Shown one piece after another: positions 28,456-39,879 of a stretch of DNA of 64,000 nucleotides. Every line of letters begins with the position of its first letter. Positions within the stretch are counted from its first letter, which is position 1. The notes under the pieces were generated by a model. The model did not search any database and was not told the origin of the DNA. It was given only the letters and a program-made list of their open reading frames with translations. The stretch comes from Flavobacteriales bacterium Tduv (GTDB lineage: Bacteria > Bacteroidota > Bacteroidia > Flavobacteriales > Blattabacteriaceae), in NCBI GenBank assembly GCA_047528255.1, contig CP180024.1, forward strand, positions 1,046,324-1,110,323, written 5' to 3'. Position numbers and translations under genes: made by a program.

Positions 28456-30159
28456 ATGAGAAAAAAAATTCAACGATACACAGTCACCGCAGCCCTTCCC
28501 TACGCTAACGGACCGGTACATATCGGGCATCTGGCAGGCGTATACGTTCCTGCGGATATCTTCGTCCGTTACTTTCGACGAAAAGGAAAAGACGTTATCT
28601 TCATCTGTAGCTCCGACGAACATGGCGTTCCTATTACTATCCGAGCGCAAAAAGAAGGAATTAGCCCTCAAGAAGCCGTTGACAAGTATCATTTCATGAT
28701 CAAGGAGCATTTCGAAAAATTCGGTATCTCTTTTGACAATTATTCCCGTACCTCGGCAGAAATTCATCACAAAACAGCGGCTGATTTTTTCAAACGACTT
28801 AATGAAAAATCAACATTCATCGAGAAAATATCCGAACAATACTACGACGAACACGCGCAACAATTTCTTGCCGATCGGTACATCCTGGGCCAATGTCCTC
28901 GCTGCGGTAACGAAAACGCCTACGGAGACCAATGCGAAAAATGCGGCACGTCACTCAGCCCAGAAGAATTGATCCAACCACGCTCCGCATTGAGCGGAAA
29001 CCCCCCAATACTAAAAAAAACAAAACATTGGTACCTACCCTTGGATCGTTACCAAGAATCCTTGAAAAAATGGATCCTAGATGGACACAAAGACGATTGG
29101 AAAAAAAATGTCTACGGACAAGTGAAATCATGGCTTGACGAAGGATTGAAGCCGCGCGCCGTGACTCGAGATCTTAACTGGGGTATTCCCGTTCCGTTCG
29201 AAGGAGCTGAAGGAAAAGTGCTATACGTATGGTTCGAAGCTCCCATCGGTTATATTTCCTCAACAATAGAGTGGGCTAAACGTCAAGGAAAAGACTGGCA
29301 GCCCTATTGGAAAGACCAAAACACCGCATTGATCCATTTCATCGGAAAGGACAATATTGTCTTCCACTGTATCATATTTCCTGCCATGCTCAAGGCTCAC
29401 GGTGAATACATCCTACCGGAAAACGTCCCGGCCAACGAATTTCTCAACTTGGAAAACGAAAAAATTTCCACTTCGAGAAATTGGGCCGTTTGGTTGCACG
29501 AATTCTTGGAAGACTTCCCGGAACAGCAAGATGCGTTGCGTTATATACTAACGATAAACATGCCCGAGAACAAAGATAATAATTTCAGTTGGAAAGATTT
29601 CCAGAGGCTCTTTAACTCCGAACTCGTCGCCATATTGGGTAATTTTATCCACCGCAGTTTGGTACTATCAGAAAAATATTATCAAAGAAAATCGCCCAAA
29701 GCTCCAGTACTCATGGAAAAAGATCGGGAAATACTATCAGAGATCAAAAAATATCCTGCTAAAATCGGTTATCTGATAGAAAACTATCACTTTCGAGATG
29801 CTTTAACCACATTCATGAACCTAGCCCGACTCGGAAACAAATATCTGGCTGACGAAGCTCCCTGGAAAATTTATTCAACCCAACCCGAACGGGTGAAAAG
29901 CATCCTCTACGTCTCACTACAGATCTGCGGTATGCTCAGTCAGCTGGCCGAGCCTTTTTTACCCCACACGGCTGAAAAATTATTCCGAATACTCAACCTA
30001 TCTCCACTTCCCTGGAACGAGTTGGAGCAACGAGAAATTTTCCCCCCAGGACACGACCTAGGTCAGCCCGTGCTGCTCTTTGAAAAAATAGAAAATCCCG
30101 CTATAGAAAAACAACTCAAAAAATTGAAAACGAACAAACCAAAATCTTCATCCAATTAA
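28456..30159 (+). CDS. metG: methionine--tRNA ligase, catalytic core plus anticodon-binding domain (C-terminal tRNA-binding domain cut off by a stop)
   Basis: ATG 28456 gives [28 protein letters not shown] (HIGH motif). CPRCG..CEKCG zinc knuckles and a KISTSR (KMSKS-type) loop are present. The ORF ends at TAA 30157-30159. Confidence 0.9.
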   Translation: MRKKIQRYTVTAALPYANGPVHIGHLAGVYVPADIFVRYFRRKGKDVIFICSSDEHGVPITIRAQKEGISPQEAVDKYHFMIKEHFEKFGISFDNYSRTSAEIHHKTAADFFKRLNEKSTFIEKISEQYYDEHAQQFLADRYILGQCPRCGNENAYGDQCEKCGTSLSPEELIQPRSALSGNPPILKKTKHWYLPLDRYQESLKKWILDGHKDDWKKNVYGQVKSWLDEGLKPRAVTRDLNWGIPVPFEGAEGKVLYVWFEAPIGYISSTIEWAKRQGKDWQPYWKDQNTALIHFIGKDNIVFHCIIFPAMLKAHGEYILPENVPANEFLNLENEKISTSRNWAVWLHEFLEDFPEQQDALRYILTINMPENKDNNFSWKDFQRLFNSELVAILGNFIHRSLVLSEKYYQRKSPKAPVLMEKDREILSEIKKYPAKIGYLIENYHFRDALTTFMNLARLGNKYLADEAPWKIYSTQPERVKSILYVSLQICGMLSQLAEPFLPHTAEKLFRILNLSPLPWNELEQREIFPPGHDLGQPVLLFEKIENPAIEKQLKKLKTNKPKSSSN

Positions 30160-30505
30160 GAGAGTGAAGATATTTCGAATTCTCCGATCAGCTTCGACGA
30201 TTTCACCAAAACTGAATTGCAAATAGGACCCATTCTAGAAGCAGAAAAAGTACCCAAAGCCAATCGCTTTCTGAAACTGCAAGTAAACATCGGAACGGAG
30301 GTGTACACTGATCGTATCGGGAATCTCTGAAAGCTTTTCACCCGAATAACTCATTGGCAAGAAAGTGAGCGTCGTGACCAACCTGGATCCACGAAAGATT
30401 CGAAATATCAAAAGTAAAGGAATGTTACTATTGAAGAAAAAAGCTAATGGCTCGCTGGCCTTTCTAATACCAGGAGAAACCGTAAAAAACGAAACAGCCA
30501 TCTGA
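30160..30505 (+). pseudogene. remnant of the MetRS C-terminal EMAP/Trbp111-like tRNA-binding domain
   Basis: In frame after the TAA comes ESEDISNSPISFDDFTKTELQIGPILEAEKVPKANRFLKLQVNIGTE... A frameshift follows near 30301-30310, then LIVSGISESFSPE*LIGKKVSVVTNLDPRKIRNIKSKGMLLLKKKANGSLAFLIPGETVKNETAI* with an internal TAA at 30347-30349. Confidence 0.8.
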
Positions 30506-30604
30506 TAAAACGACTCCGAATAAAATTATTCAAGGACTTTTGAATTGAGCATAAAAGAATCGGAACACGACATTTTTCATAAGAATAGACACTATCCCAA
30601 AATC

Positions 30605-30660
30605 TAAGAATGTTACATGAGAGAAGGGAGTAAAACTTTTGTAAATCAATATATTGTTTC
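30605..30660 (+). mobile_element. IS5-family IS, 5'-terminal fragment M1 (~55 bp)
   Basis: TAAGAATGTTACATGAGAGAAGGGAGTAAAACTTTTGTAAATCAATATATTGTTTC matches the IRL and leader. It is cut by the end of copy N. Confidence 0.65.
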
Positions 30661-31748
30661 GATACCATTGTGTTAATAGTAGATTACGTTTATTTAGCTC
30701 ATCCTAGATAGGCTCGTTGGGTAACAATGTTAATTTAGTCTTTCATATTTTATTCGAAAACTATTAATTATAAATTAATTAAATATACCTATTGTTATGA
30801 ACAGCGTATAATAATCCCAGGGAACGATATAAATTATGCGTCATATCATCCATAAGATGCTGAGCATGAACACGAGCTAATCCTTTGTAAAGAGCCTTTC
30901 CTTATCCAATCCAAGGCTTATACTGCCAAAAGTGCATTTTACTACCCATCGGGTTTTACTTACTAATTTATTGAATAATATAGCCATCCTACTTAAGGAG
31001 CCCTATAGGCTTTTTCTTCTGTATATGGTCTTTGATGCCTCGACAATGAAAGTAAGACACGTTGGCTGGAATTTGGTCATTTTTTCTGCATATACTTATC
31101 TGGGCTTATATCCTTGTTTAATTATTAATGGCTTTAACCCTCTACTATCATACTCATTGGCTGTTACGCTATGTAGCGCTAGTATCATTTCATTTTTATC
31201 AACCTATGAGCTTCTTGTATTCGTAGTAAAGTTTCCCTGATTTCTGAGTAATTTTCCTTGAGTTTCTACTCCTGATTGAGGGTCTTTTTGCTCTTTCTTT
31301 TTTTTGACTGATTTGCTTTTCAGCCTCTTCCTCCTGATCCTCCACTACGTGGATAGGAGTGTCCTTGGGAGTAAGAGGCCTTTACTGTAATACGACCATC
31401 TACTATCACTCCTGTTTTAAACTATCTCCTGATTCTTTTCTAATTCCTTATTGATCTTTTTCAGTAATCGATCATATATATTTTGGCTACTATTTCATTG
31501 CGAAATATGCATAGAGTTGTATAAGATGGAATCTTATCTTCCAATCGAAAATCACAAAAGCTCATACAGTCTATGGAATCTTTTATCAATTCTTCCATTC
31601 CTACATCACTGAGATGTATACCAGTGACTCAAAAGCATCATCTTAAATAACGATATTCCACTATAGCTAGGTTGGACTTTCATTCCCTGGCCTTTTTGAT
31701 ATATTTTTTTATTTCTTTCTCTATCCCTTCCCATTGGATCAATGCTTT
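30661..31748 (-). mobile_element. IS5-family IS, copy N, lacks about 230 bp of its 5' end, degraded
   Basis: Starts GATACCATTGTGTTAATAGTAGATTACG (IRR) and is truncated at ..CCCATTGGATCAATGCTTT, where copy O begins. Confidence 0.85.
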
Positions 31749-33018
31749 GAGACCATTGTGTTAATGGTGGATTACGTTTATTCAACCATCCTAGATGGGC
31801 TCGTTAGAAAAAATGTAGATTTAGTCTTTCATATTGTATTCGAAAACTATTGATTATAAATTAATTAAATATATCTATTTTTATGGACAGCGCATAATAA
31901 TTCCAGGGCACGATACAAATTATATGCCATAGCCTCCATAAGATGCTGGGAATGCACACGAGCTAATCCTTTGTAAGGCTCCTTTCCTTATCAAAACCAA
32001 AACTTTATACTGCTAAAAGTACGTTCTACTACCCATCGGGGGTTACTAACTAATTATGTTGAATAATATAACTATCCTACTTAAGGGGTGGTTCCTATAG
32101 GCTTTCTTCTGTATACGGTCTTTGATACCTCGAATATGAAAGTAAGACATGTTGACTGGAACTTGGTAACCTTTGTCTGAATATACTTCTCTGGGCTTAT
32201 ATCCTAGTTTGCTTATTAAAGGCTTTAGCCCTCTACTATCATGCTCATTGACGGCTACGCTATGTACAGATAGTATCATTCCATTTTTATACCCCCCTAT
32301 GTGATTCTTGTATCCGTAGTAGAGTTTACCTGATTTCTTGAGCCATTTTCCTTGAGTGTCTACTCCTGATTGAGTCTTTTTTTTTACCCTTGCTTTTCTT
32401 TGACTGATTTGCTTTTGCCCTTCTTCCTTCCGAGCCTCCACTACGTAGGAAGGAGATCCATTTAGAGCAAAAGACCTAACTAGTAATACTAGCATCTCTA
32501 GTATGACTCTTGTTTTAACTATATCCTGAGTATTTTTTAATTCCTTATTGATCTTTTTCAGTAAGTTTTCATATGCTTTTTTGTCTACTATTTCATTGCG
32601 AAATCTGCATAGATTCATATGATCTAGGATCTTATTTTCCAATCAAAAATCACAAAAGCGCATGCAGCTCAAGTATTATTTCACCAATTCTTCCGTTCCT
32701 ACATCACTGAGATCATATCAATTACTCAAAAGAATCATTTTAAATAACGATATTCCACTGTAAGAAGATTGTCCTTTTATTCCCTGACTTTTTTGATATA
32801 TTTTTCTTATTTTTTTTCATCCCTTCCCAGTGGATCAAGGTTTTTAACCTTTTTAAAAAATCACTCCTTTTGGTAGAACGTTTTATATATAGTTCACTAA
32901 AGTTTAGCGCGGTGCTTTTTAGAATAGAACTGATTTTTTTATTTTTTACTCTAGTATATACGAAACAATATATTGATTTACAATTTATTTTAAAAGCCTT
33001 CTCCCATGCAATGTTCTC
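31749..33018 (-). mobile_element. IS5-family IS, copy O, full length (~1270 bp), degraded (longest surviving transposase fragment)
   Basis: Termini are GAGACCATTGTGTTAATGGTGG at 31749 and ..CCATGCAATGTTCTC at 33018. The 198-aa ORF 32046..32642 spans the middle of the transposase only, and the first catalytic-D context VIVDAS reads VILEML. Confidence 0.9.
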
Positions 33019-33630
33019 ACAACATTCTTGAATTGTTACATTAGTTTTATACAGGTATTGATCTAGCATATATGATTTTATAATCAAACTGGTAGTAGTT
33101 TAATAGATTTTGAGTGATGACGATAATGATGAGTCTCAAATAAGAAGAGCTTATTAAAGCTTAATATGTTTTTTAAATATCAAACCGGATGTCTATATGT
33201 ACGATATCTAGCTTTTGTTTTAATTGGTCATAAGCTCTATATTCAGAGTAGGTGAGGGCGTCTTTTCCGCTGATGATGATGAAGATGATGTCTTTTTTTA
33301 ATAATTTTCAGCAGACAACTTCGCATGGAGAAGTGTGTATTCAAGGGTGTGGTTCCTTATCAGATATTTCCCATTTTTACAATACGATCCTTCCAATTTC
33401 TATGATATAAAGTGTAGAAGGCTTCTCTGATTTTGTCTAATTTGAGATGGCTTTTTCTCGATAGGGCGTGTTTCGGTTTTTCTACTCTGACCAAACGTTA
33501 GTTTGTAATAATCTAGTTCCTTTATTCCCGTGAAGGGGGCGATGAATTGATACAGACAAAAATATCTTCCGTTTCTTTAGTGTTTTCGTAGCAGTTATGT
33601 CGTCGGGCTGAGGAAATATTCTATCATCGA

Positions 33631-35940
33631 TTATATTTTTTTTTGGTTAGTTTTCTTTTCGGATTTCAGTATGAGTTGTTGACAATCTTCCAAGGTCAAA
33701 TGTTCGGATTTGATATTTTTTGGAATCTTGTGATTTTTCTTACCATATCGGATGTAGGGTCCGAATCTTCCGTTTAATATTTCGATTGGAGGATCTATGG
33801 TTTTAAAGCATTGGATCAGTTTTTTTTCATCTTCTTGACGTTTGTCTTTTATCAGGCCTATGGCTTGTTCTAAAGTGATTTCAAAAGGATCATACCCCGT
33901 GTCCTTTTTTATGGATACGAATTTGCTACCATATTTGAGATAGGGGCCAAATCGGCCGATGCTTGTTCTGACTTCTTTTTCTTCGAACAATCCTAATTTT
34001 CTCGGTAATTCAAATATTTTAAGAGCTTCTTCCAAGGAAATTGAATTGATTTGTTGATGCTTGAGCAATGAAGCGAATCGGGGTTTTTCTTCATCTTCGG
34101 CTTCTCCGATTTGTATCATCGGTCCGAATCGACCAATCTTGGCCCATACATTTTTTCCAGATTTGGGTTCCGTACCTAATAAACGTTCTCCTTGGGTTCG
34201 TTCGGCGTTTTTGGCTACATCTTCTACTTTGGGATGAAAACCTCCGTAAAAGCTTCGGATGATTTTGGTCCATGTTTTTTTTCCGCGGGCGATATCATCA
34301 AAGTCTTCTTCGACTTTTGCCGTGAAACCGTAGTTTAATACTTGCTGGAAGTATTGGACTAGGAAACGGTTGACAATGACTCCGATGTCTGTAGGTATGA
34401 ATTTTTTCTTATCGGCTCCGGTGATTTCTTTTTCTTGGGTTTTGAAAATTTCTTCATCTTTGAGCGTCAAAATTTCGTAAGGTCTTTCCATACCTTCGAG
34501 ATCTTGTATTTCGACGTAGTTTCGTTTTTGTATGGTAGAGATTGTCGGAACGTAGGTTGAGGGGCGACCGATACCCAATTCTTCGAGTGTTCTGACTAGG
34601 GACGCTTCACTGTATCGTGTTGGATGTTTGGTGAAGCGTTGTGTAGCTAGAATTTCTTTGTTTTTTACGGTTTCACCTTTGTTAAGTTTGGGAAGGCTTC
34701 CTTTTTTAGCTTCTTCATTTTCTTCTTCTTGGCTTTCGTTATATACTTTCAGGAAGCCGTCAAAGGTTAGGACTTCTCCTTTGGAAATAAATTTGTAAGG
34801 TGTTGGAGTGCTTATATGTATATTTGTCTTTTCTAAAAGAGCGTCGGACATTTGTCCGGCTATTATGCGCTTCCAGATCATTTCGTAGAGGCGTTGTTGG
34901 GCAGAGTCCAGCCCTGCGTATGGTTTACCCATGTCTGTGGGGCGTATGGCTTCGTGTGCTTCTTGGGCTGATTTGTTCTTGGTGGTGTATTTCCTAGGAT
35001 GAGAATATTCTTTTCCGTAGCGTGAGGTGATTTGTTTTTGTGTTGCGGCGATGGCTTCTTCTGAGAGGTTTACGCTGTCTGTACGCATGTAAGTAATGTA
35101 GCCTTCTTCGTAGAGTTGTTGGGCCAAACGCATGGTGCGCGCTACGGAATAGCTCAATTTTTTTGATGCTTCTTGCTGTAGGGTGGAAGTGGTGAAAGGT
35201 GCTGCGGGACTTTTTTTGCTTGGTTTTATTTCGATTTGATCGATGGTGAATATTCCATTTATACAAGTCTTTAAAAATGCTTCAGCATCCTCTTTGGAGT
35301 CGAAGTTTTTTTCTAGTTGAGCCTTGAACGCTTCTTCTTTTTGGGAAAGAAATATGGCTGATACTTTGTAAAAGGAGATTGTTGAGAATTTCTTGATTTC
35401 TTCTTCTCGTTCTACGATCAGTCGTACGGCAACCGATTGTACACGTCCGGCTGAAAGCCCTGTTTTGATCTTGCGCCAGAGTATGGGTGAAAGTTCAAAG
35501 CCTACCAAGCGATCCAATACGCGTCTTGCTTGCTGTGCGTTGACCAGGTCGTAGTTGATCGATCGAGGATTTTCTACGGCTTGATGAATGGCTTTTGGGG
35601 TGATCTCGTGAAAGACAATTCGGCGGATCTTTTCATCAGGAATATTCAATTCTTTGTATAGGTGCCATGAAATAGCTTCTCCCTCGCGATCTTCATCGGT
35701 AGCGAGCCAAATGACTTCGGCTTTTTTAGCCAGTTTTTGGAGTTTTTTTACGACTTCTTTTTTTTCTTCTGGTACTATATAGGTGGGTTGAAAGTTATTT
35801 TTGACATCGATTCCCATTCCTTTTTCGGGCAGATCGGAAATGTGTCCGAAGCTCGATGCTACTTGAAAGTCTTTTCCCAGGTATCCTTGTATAGTTTTGG
35901 CTTTAGCGGGGGACTCGACGATGACCAGGTTTTTTGCCAT
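33631..35940 (-). CDS. topA: DNA topoisomerase I
   Basis: 769-aa ORF with a Toprim N-terminus (LVIVESPAKAKTI, TDEDREGE), the active-site region GYITYMRTDS and C-terminal repeats (GRFGPY.. three times). Confidence 0.95.
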   Translation of the reverse strand: MAKNLVIVESPAKAKTIQGYLGKDFQVASSFGHISDLPEKGMGIDVKNNFQPTYIVPEEKKEVVKKLQKLAKKAEVIWLATDEDREGEAISWHLYKELNIPDEKIRRIVFHEITPKAIHQAVENPRSINYDLVNAQQARRVLDRLVGFELSPILWRKIKTGLSAGRVQSVAVRLIVEREEEIKKFSTISFYKVSAIFLSQKEEAFKAQLEKNFDSKEDAEAFLKTCINGIFTIDQIEIKPSKKSPAAPFTTSTLQQEASKKLSYSVARTMRLAQQLYEEGYITYMRTDSVNLSEEAIAATQKQITSRYGKEYSHPRKYTTKNKSAQEAHEAIRPTDMGKPYAGLDSAQQRLYEMIWKRIIAGQMSDALLEKTNIHISTPTPYKFISKGEVLTFDGFLKVYNESQEEENEEAKKGSLPKLNKGETVKNKEILATQRFTKHPTRYSEASLVRTLEELGIGRPSTYVPTISTIQKRNYVEIQDLEGMERPYEILTLKDEEIFKTQEKEITGADKKKFIPTDIGVIVNRFLVQYFQQVLNYGFTAKVEEDFDDIARGKKTWTKIIRSFYGGFHPKVEDVAKNAERTQGERLLGTEPKSGKNVWAKIGRFGPMIQIGEAEDEEKPRFASLLKHQQINSISLEEALKIFELPRKLGLFEEKEVRTSIGRFGPYLKYGSKFVSIKKDTGYDPFEITLEQAIGLIKDKRQEDEKKLIQCFKTIDPPIEILNGRFGPYIRYGKKNHKIPKNIKSEHLTLEDCQQLILKSEKKTNQKKI

Positions 35941-36068
35941 TATCTTGCTACTTTTTGCAAAAATAGAATTTAAAATGAATCCTTTGTATCGTTATCTGCC
36001 GAGCGTTTGAAGGAGTGAAGTATTTTTGGGAGTAGGCTTGTAGCTGAAGGTCTGTTATATAGTGTAAC

Positions 36069-37307
36069 GTAACTATTATGTTAACGTAGATTACGTTTAT
36101 ATAGCTATTCTATATGAGCTTCGTTGAAGAGGATCTAGATTTAATATTTCATATTATATTCGAAAAATAATTAATTATAAATTAATTAATTACTTCTATT
36201 ATTGTGAATAGCTCATAATAATACCAAAAGAACGATATAAATTATAAGCAATATCCTCCATAAGATACTGGGCATGCACACGAACTAATCCTTTGTAAAG
36301 AGCCTTTCCTGATCCAAACCAAGGTTTTATAAAGCCAAAAGTACGTTCTACTATCCATCGAGGTTTACTCATTAATTTGTTGAATAATATAGAGATTGTA
36401 CTTAAGGGAGGGTTCCTATAGATTTTCTTCTGTATATGGTCTTTGATGTCTAGACTATGAAAATAAGACACGTTGGCTGGTACTGGTAACCTTTTTCTGT
36501 ATATATTTCTCTAGTTTTATATCCTAGTTTTCTTATTAAAGGCTTTAGCCCTCTACTATTGTTATTATTGTCTGCTACCCTATGTACTACTAGTGTCATT
36601 CGATTTTTATCCCCCCTATGTGCGTCTTATATCCGTAGTAGAGTTTACATGATTTCTTGAGCTATTTTCCTTGAGTTGTCTACTTCCTGATTGATTATAT
36701 TTTTTTAGCCTTTCTTCCTTCCGATCCTCCACTACGTAGGTAGGAGCCACTTGGGAGCAAAGGGTTTAACTGTAATAAGGCCTCTACTATCACTACTTTT
36801 TTAACTATAGCCTGATGCTTTTCTAATTTATTATTGATTTTTTCAATAAGCGCTCATATGCTTTTTTGGCTACTATTTCATTGCGAAATCTGCATAGAGA
36901 TCGTATGATCTGTGGTTTGATTTTCCAATCGAAAACCACAAAATCGCATGCAGCTCAAAGTTTTTTTCACCATTCTTCTATTTTTACATCACTGAGATCA
37001 TAGCAGTGACTCAAAAGCATTATCGTTCAATAACGATATACCACTGTAAGCAGTTTGGCCTTTTATTCTCTGGCTTTTTGATATATTTTTCTTATATCTT
37101 TTTCCATCTCTTCCCACTGGATCAAGGTTTTTGACTTTTTGAAAAAGCCACTCCTTCTGATATAACATTCCATATATAGTTCACTAAAGCTTATTTGTGT
37201 GGTGCTTTTGAGTATAAATTCGAATTTTTTTATTTTCTACTCCAAACATACGAAACAATATGTTGATTTATAAATATTTTAAACTCCTTCTCTCATGCAA
37301 TGTTCTC
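36069..37307 (-). mobile_element. IS5-family IS, copy P, near full length, solo, degraded
   Basis: Has a decayed IRR GTAACTATTATGTTAACGTAGATTACG at 36069 and the left end ..CTCATGCAATGTTCTC at 37307. The 90-aa fragment 36199..36471 carries the C-terminal ..RWIVERTFGFIKPWFGSGKALYKGLVRVHAQYLME... Confidence 0.85.
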
Positions 37308-37598
37308 TCTTCTTTGGAATAGATCTGTCGATGTTTTTAATCTTCCAATTTTTCTTGGAGAACTTTGGTCATTTCCGATGCTATTGTGAAAGTTACCAAA
37401 AAAAAAGACTTTTTCCTTGGTCGAAGGAGGTTATTATATGTCTACCGTTAAAAACTGAGTTATGAAGACAAAGTTAGTTAGGGTTTATTGGAGATAGGAA
37501 CAATGTTGGAAAACTTGGAAGAAAAAACAGTGTGTTCACCATCACTAATAATTGAAATATAGAGTATTAGCTATTATTTTAGTTAATTTTGAGCATTT

Positions 37599-38736
37599 TC
37601 AATACTTCTTCGATATAGAAGTAGATTTCTTCTCGTAGTTTTTTTTTGGATGTAGATCGTTATTATTTTTTTTACCCAGTCTCACGATGACCAGCTTGTG
37701 TTCAGGGATGATAATGATGTATTGTCCCTGATGGCCTTGATAAAGATAAAATTCGGGTTTGAATTCATAATCTATCCATGTACCATAGCCATATTCCGGA
37801 GCTAATGCAGGATGTGTGATCTTATAGATGAAATCCTCTTTGAGGAGTTGTTTTCCGTCCCATTGATCTTTTTGAAGAAGAAACTGCTCCAGTCTGGCAT
37901 AATCTTTCGCTGTCGTGTAAATACAGAAAAACCCCTTTTCTACGCCTCCCTTACTGTCCAGTCCCCAAAGTGCAGATTGACTCATTTTTAAAGAGTTCCA
38001 AATCTTTTCGCTGCAATAATCTACTAAACTTTTCTTTGTCGCTTTACAGAGCAAGGTGGTGAGAAGTTGAGTATTAGCGTTGATATATTTAAATTTTTTT
38101 CCGGGCTCTTCTATGAATTTTTTAGAAAATACCAATTGTTCTACGTTAGTTCCGTAATAAGCCTTGGCTGTTGGATTATTGAAAGGAGGATGATAATTTT
38201 CTTTCCAATCTAGCCCTGAACTCATTCGTGAAAGGTCGGCAATCGTCACTTGATCAACAAAGGGTAATCCCCGGTATTCAGGCAAAAAATCCAGGATGGA
38301 TTGGTCCAAACTTTTGACATAACCGTCTTATATGGCAAAACCCAGTAAAAGTGTTACTACGGACTTTGCCATAGAAAAAGAATTGGATAAACTCGTTTCT
38401 TCATGACCGTTCCAATAATATTCAGACAATAATTTTCCATCTCTTGTGATGATAAAAGATACTGATTGTTCTTTTTCAACTTATCCTTTAGATTATCTGT
38501 AAGAGGGATTTGATTGTACTGTTAGTCTTTAATCCATTCTTTTGGTTCGGTTGCTTGCCTTGATATAATAGCGTTATTGAAACTTCTCCAGTCGTCTATC
38601 CTGATTATATTTGCTCCTTTAAGATAAGTTTCCTTAAACTTTTTTATAAAATTCTTATTATCAATTATATAAAGTAAAGATACAATTGCTAAAAACAGCA
38701 ATAAGATGAAAGAAATCTACTTGAATAGGTATTTCA
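37599..38736 (-). pseudogene. beta-lactamase-family serine hydrolase, pseudogene
   Basis: The 236-aa ORF 37599..38309 is only the C-terminal two thirds. Upstream in the same frame lies ..EKEQSVSFIITRDGKLLSEYYWNGHEETSLSNSFSMAKSVVTLLLGFAI*DGYV, with a TAA at 38328-38330 about a dozen codons after the SxxK motif. The N-terminus MKYLFK* (start 38736) also carries stops and frameshifts. Confidence 0.8.
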
Positions 38737-38793
38737 TAGAAAAATTTTTTAAGCAAAGATATGGAACGGTTTTTCTTTTAGTGAGAACATTGC

Positions 38794-39734
38794 GAGATCA
38801 CTGTTTTAATGTGGATTACGTTTATTCAGCCTCCTAGATGTACTTCGTTAGAGAACCATGTAGATTTAGTTTTTGATATTGTATTCGAAATACTATTGAT
38901 TATGAATTAATTAATTATATTTATTTTTATGAAAAAAAGCAAAATAATGCCAAGGGAACGATACAAATTATAAGCCATAGATTCTTCCCATAAGAGTTTG
39001 TTTTTTCACACACGCTAATCCTTTGTAACAATCCTTTCCTGATCCAAACCAACACTTTATACTGCCAAAAATACGTTCTACTACCCATCGATTTTTACTC
39101 ACTAATTATGTATGAATAATACAGCTATACTACTTAAGGGACGGTTCCTATAGGCTTTCTTCTGTATAAGTTCTTGATGCCTCGACTATGAAAATAAGAC
39201 AAGTTGGCTGGAGTTTGGTAGCTTTATCTGCATATATTTCTCTGGTTTTATATCTTAGTTTTCTTATTAATTAATGGCGTTAGCCTCTACTATCATGCTC
39301 ATTGGCTGCTATGCTATGTACTGGAGTCGTATGATCTGGGATCTGATTTTCCAATCGAAAACCACAAAATCGTATGCAGCCTAAGTTTTTTTCACCAATT
39401 CTTCCGTTTCTACATCACTGATATCATACCAGTTACTCAAAATCATGATCATAAATAACAATATTCTACTTTAAGCAGATTGGCTTTTATTTCCTGGCCT
39501 TTTTGATATATTTTTACCTATTTCTTTCTCCATCCCTTCCAAGTGGATCAAGTTCTTTAACCTTTTTAAAAAATAATTCCTTCTGGTAGAACGTCCATAT
39601 ATAGCTTACTAAAGCTTAGTTATGTTCTGCTTCTGAGGATAGATCCAAATTTTTTTATTTTCTACTTCAAAATATATGAAACATATATATTGATTTACAA
39701 ATATTTTAACCTACTTCTCTCATGAAACGTTCTC
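38794..39734 (-). mobile_element. IS5-family IS, copy Q, both ends present, ~340-bp internal deletion, solo
   Basis: IRR GAGATCACTGTTTTAATGTGGATTACG at 38794 is preceded by a degenerate repeat GAGAACATTGC. The deletion junction is ..GCTATGTACTG|GAGTCGTATGATCTGGG.. near 39320. The left end ..CTCATGAAACGTTCTC lies at 39734. Confidence 0.85.
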
Positions 39735-39779
39735 GACGTTTTTCTTCCTTTCTCTTAAGTATATTGTTAGCATAACAAT

Positions 39780-39811
39780 AAAAAAAACCGCCGAACCTAC
39801 GCTCGGCGGTT
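39780..39811 (-). terminator. rho-independent terminator (distal of two) downstream of the lipoprotein gene
   Basis: A 9-bp GC-rich stem AACCGCCGA/TCGGCGGTT (39786-39794 / 39803-39811) with an 8-nt loop. A T-run follows on the minus strand (A8 at 39780-39787 on the plus strand). Confidence 0.75.
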
Positions 39812-39835
39812 GTAAAAAAGATACCTGATTAATAG

Positions 39836-39867
39836 AAAAAAAAAGTTGGTTAGGCCAATCTAACCAA
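39836..39867 (-). terminator. rho-independent terminator (proximal) 12 nt after the lipoprotein stop codon
   Basis: An 8-bp stem TTGGTTAG/CTAACCAA (39846-39853 / 39860-39867) with a 6-nt loop. A T9 run follows on the minus strand (A9 at 39836-39844 on the plus strand). Confidence 0.7.
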
Positions 39868-39879
39868 AAAAAGATAAGT

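Noticed and set aside
32046-32642. The 198-aa ORF in IS copy O considered as a possibly functional transposase.
   Set aside because: It covers only the middle of the ~360-aa reconstructed protein. It lacks the N-terminal InsH-like region and the C-terminal E-containing block (..VERTFG..ARYKGL..). The first catalytic aspartate context VIVDAS reads VILEML.
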